This document shows positions 63,674-64,000 of a stretch of 64,000 bases of DNA, piece after piece (within the stretch, counting starts at the first letter, position 1; every line of letters begins with the position of its first letter). A model generated the notes under the pieces. That model was not told the origin of the DNA and searched no databases. It was given only the letters and a program-made list of their open reading frames with translations. The stretch spans positions 4,576,001-4,640,000 of the forward strand of contig OZ251539.1 of the NCBI GenBank assembly GCA_965243135.1. Direction: 5' to 3'. A program made the position numbers and the translations under genes. The stretch is from Alphaproteobacteria bacterium. GTDB lineage: Bacteria; Pseudomonadota; Alphaproteobacteria; MPNO01; UBA830.

Positions 63674-64000
63674 ATGCTGGAACTCGGCGGACTCGCCTTC
63701 TCCTCTCCATGGATGCTCGCGGCGCTGGCCGGGCTGCCGATCCTGTGGTGGCTGCTCCGCGTCACCCCGCCCTCGCCCCGTCTCGTCAGCTTCCCTCCCC
63801 TGCGCTTTCTCCTGGCGCTTCGTCCCGAAGAGGAAACGCCGGCGGCGACCCCGTGGTGGCTCATTCTCCTCCGCATCCTCATCGCCGCGCTCGTCATCCT
63901 CGCGCTTTCCCATCCGCTGCTGAATCCCGGCGTCCGGCTTTACGGATCCGGACCGGTCATCCTCGTCGTCGACAACGGCTGGCCGGCCGCGGCGGACTGG
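63674..64000 (+). CDS. BatA-domain / DUF4159-type protein, N-terminus (partial)
   Basis: F..PW.L.ALA.LP.LWWLLR.TPP.P...FP, TPWWL.LLR, VVDNGW; follows moxR and the DUF58 gene. Confidence 0.85.
   Translation, partial: MLELGGLAFSSPWMLAALAGLPILWWLLRVTPPSPRLVSFPPLRFLLALRPEEETPAATPWWLILLRILIAALVILALSHPLLNPGVRLYGSGPVILVVDNGWPAAADW

Overview
A 64-kb, very GC-rich chromosomal segment. Gene content and order (petABC-hemF, lgt-pgeF-prs-rplY-pth-ychF, serC leader-serC-serA-hisZ-purA, rluD-rpoH, phasin with PhaR boxes) point to an alphaproteobacterium, probably Rhodospirillales-like. Most of the window is housekeeping. Accessory DNA falls in four places. (i) At 382-2170, an intact, AT-richer operon encodes an ABC/AAA_21-type ATPase with an atypical QQPE Walker B plus a PIN nuclease; it is a candidate undescribed defence or toxin module. 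(ii) At about 39-47.7 kb lies a decaying island. It holds an IS4/IS50-like element with perfect 19-bp TIRs and an 8-bp TSD whose transposase is fused to a DUF4338/DruA (Mom-like) domain. It also holds a BrnT pseudogene coupled to a protein in which a BrnA-like N-terminal peptide is fused to a sacsin-type GHKL ATPase, two oppositely oriented halves of an ISKra4-like element around an intact Zur-boxed zinc-uptake cassette, and an hsdR remnant. (iii) A stand-alone ScoMcrA-head-like ORF sits at 14.2 kb. (iv) At 55-59 kb, a 4-chlorobenzoate:CoA ligase-like gene and a UbiD gene are divergent, followed by an ORF split by a G11 tract. No rRNA, tRNA or CRISPR array was seen. All family calls come from motif recognition by eye, not from database searches.
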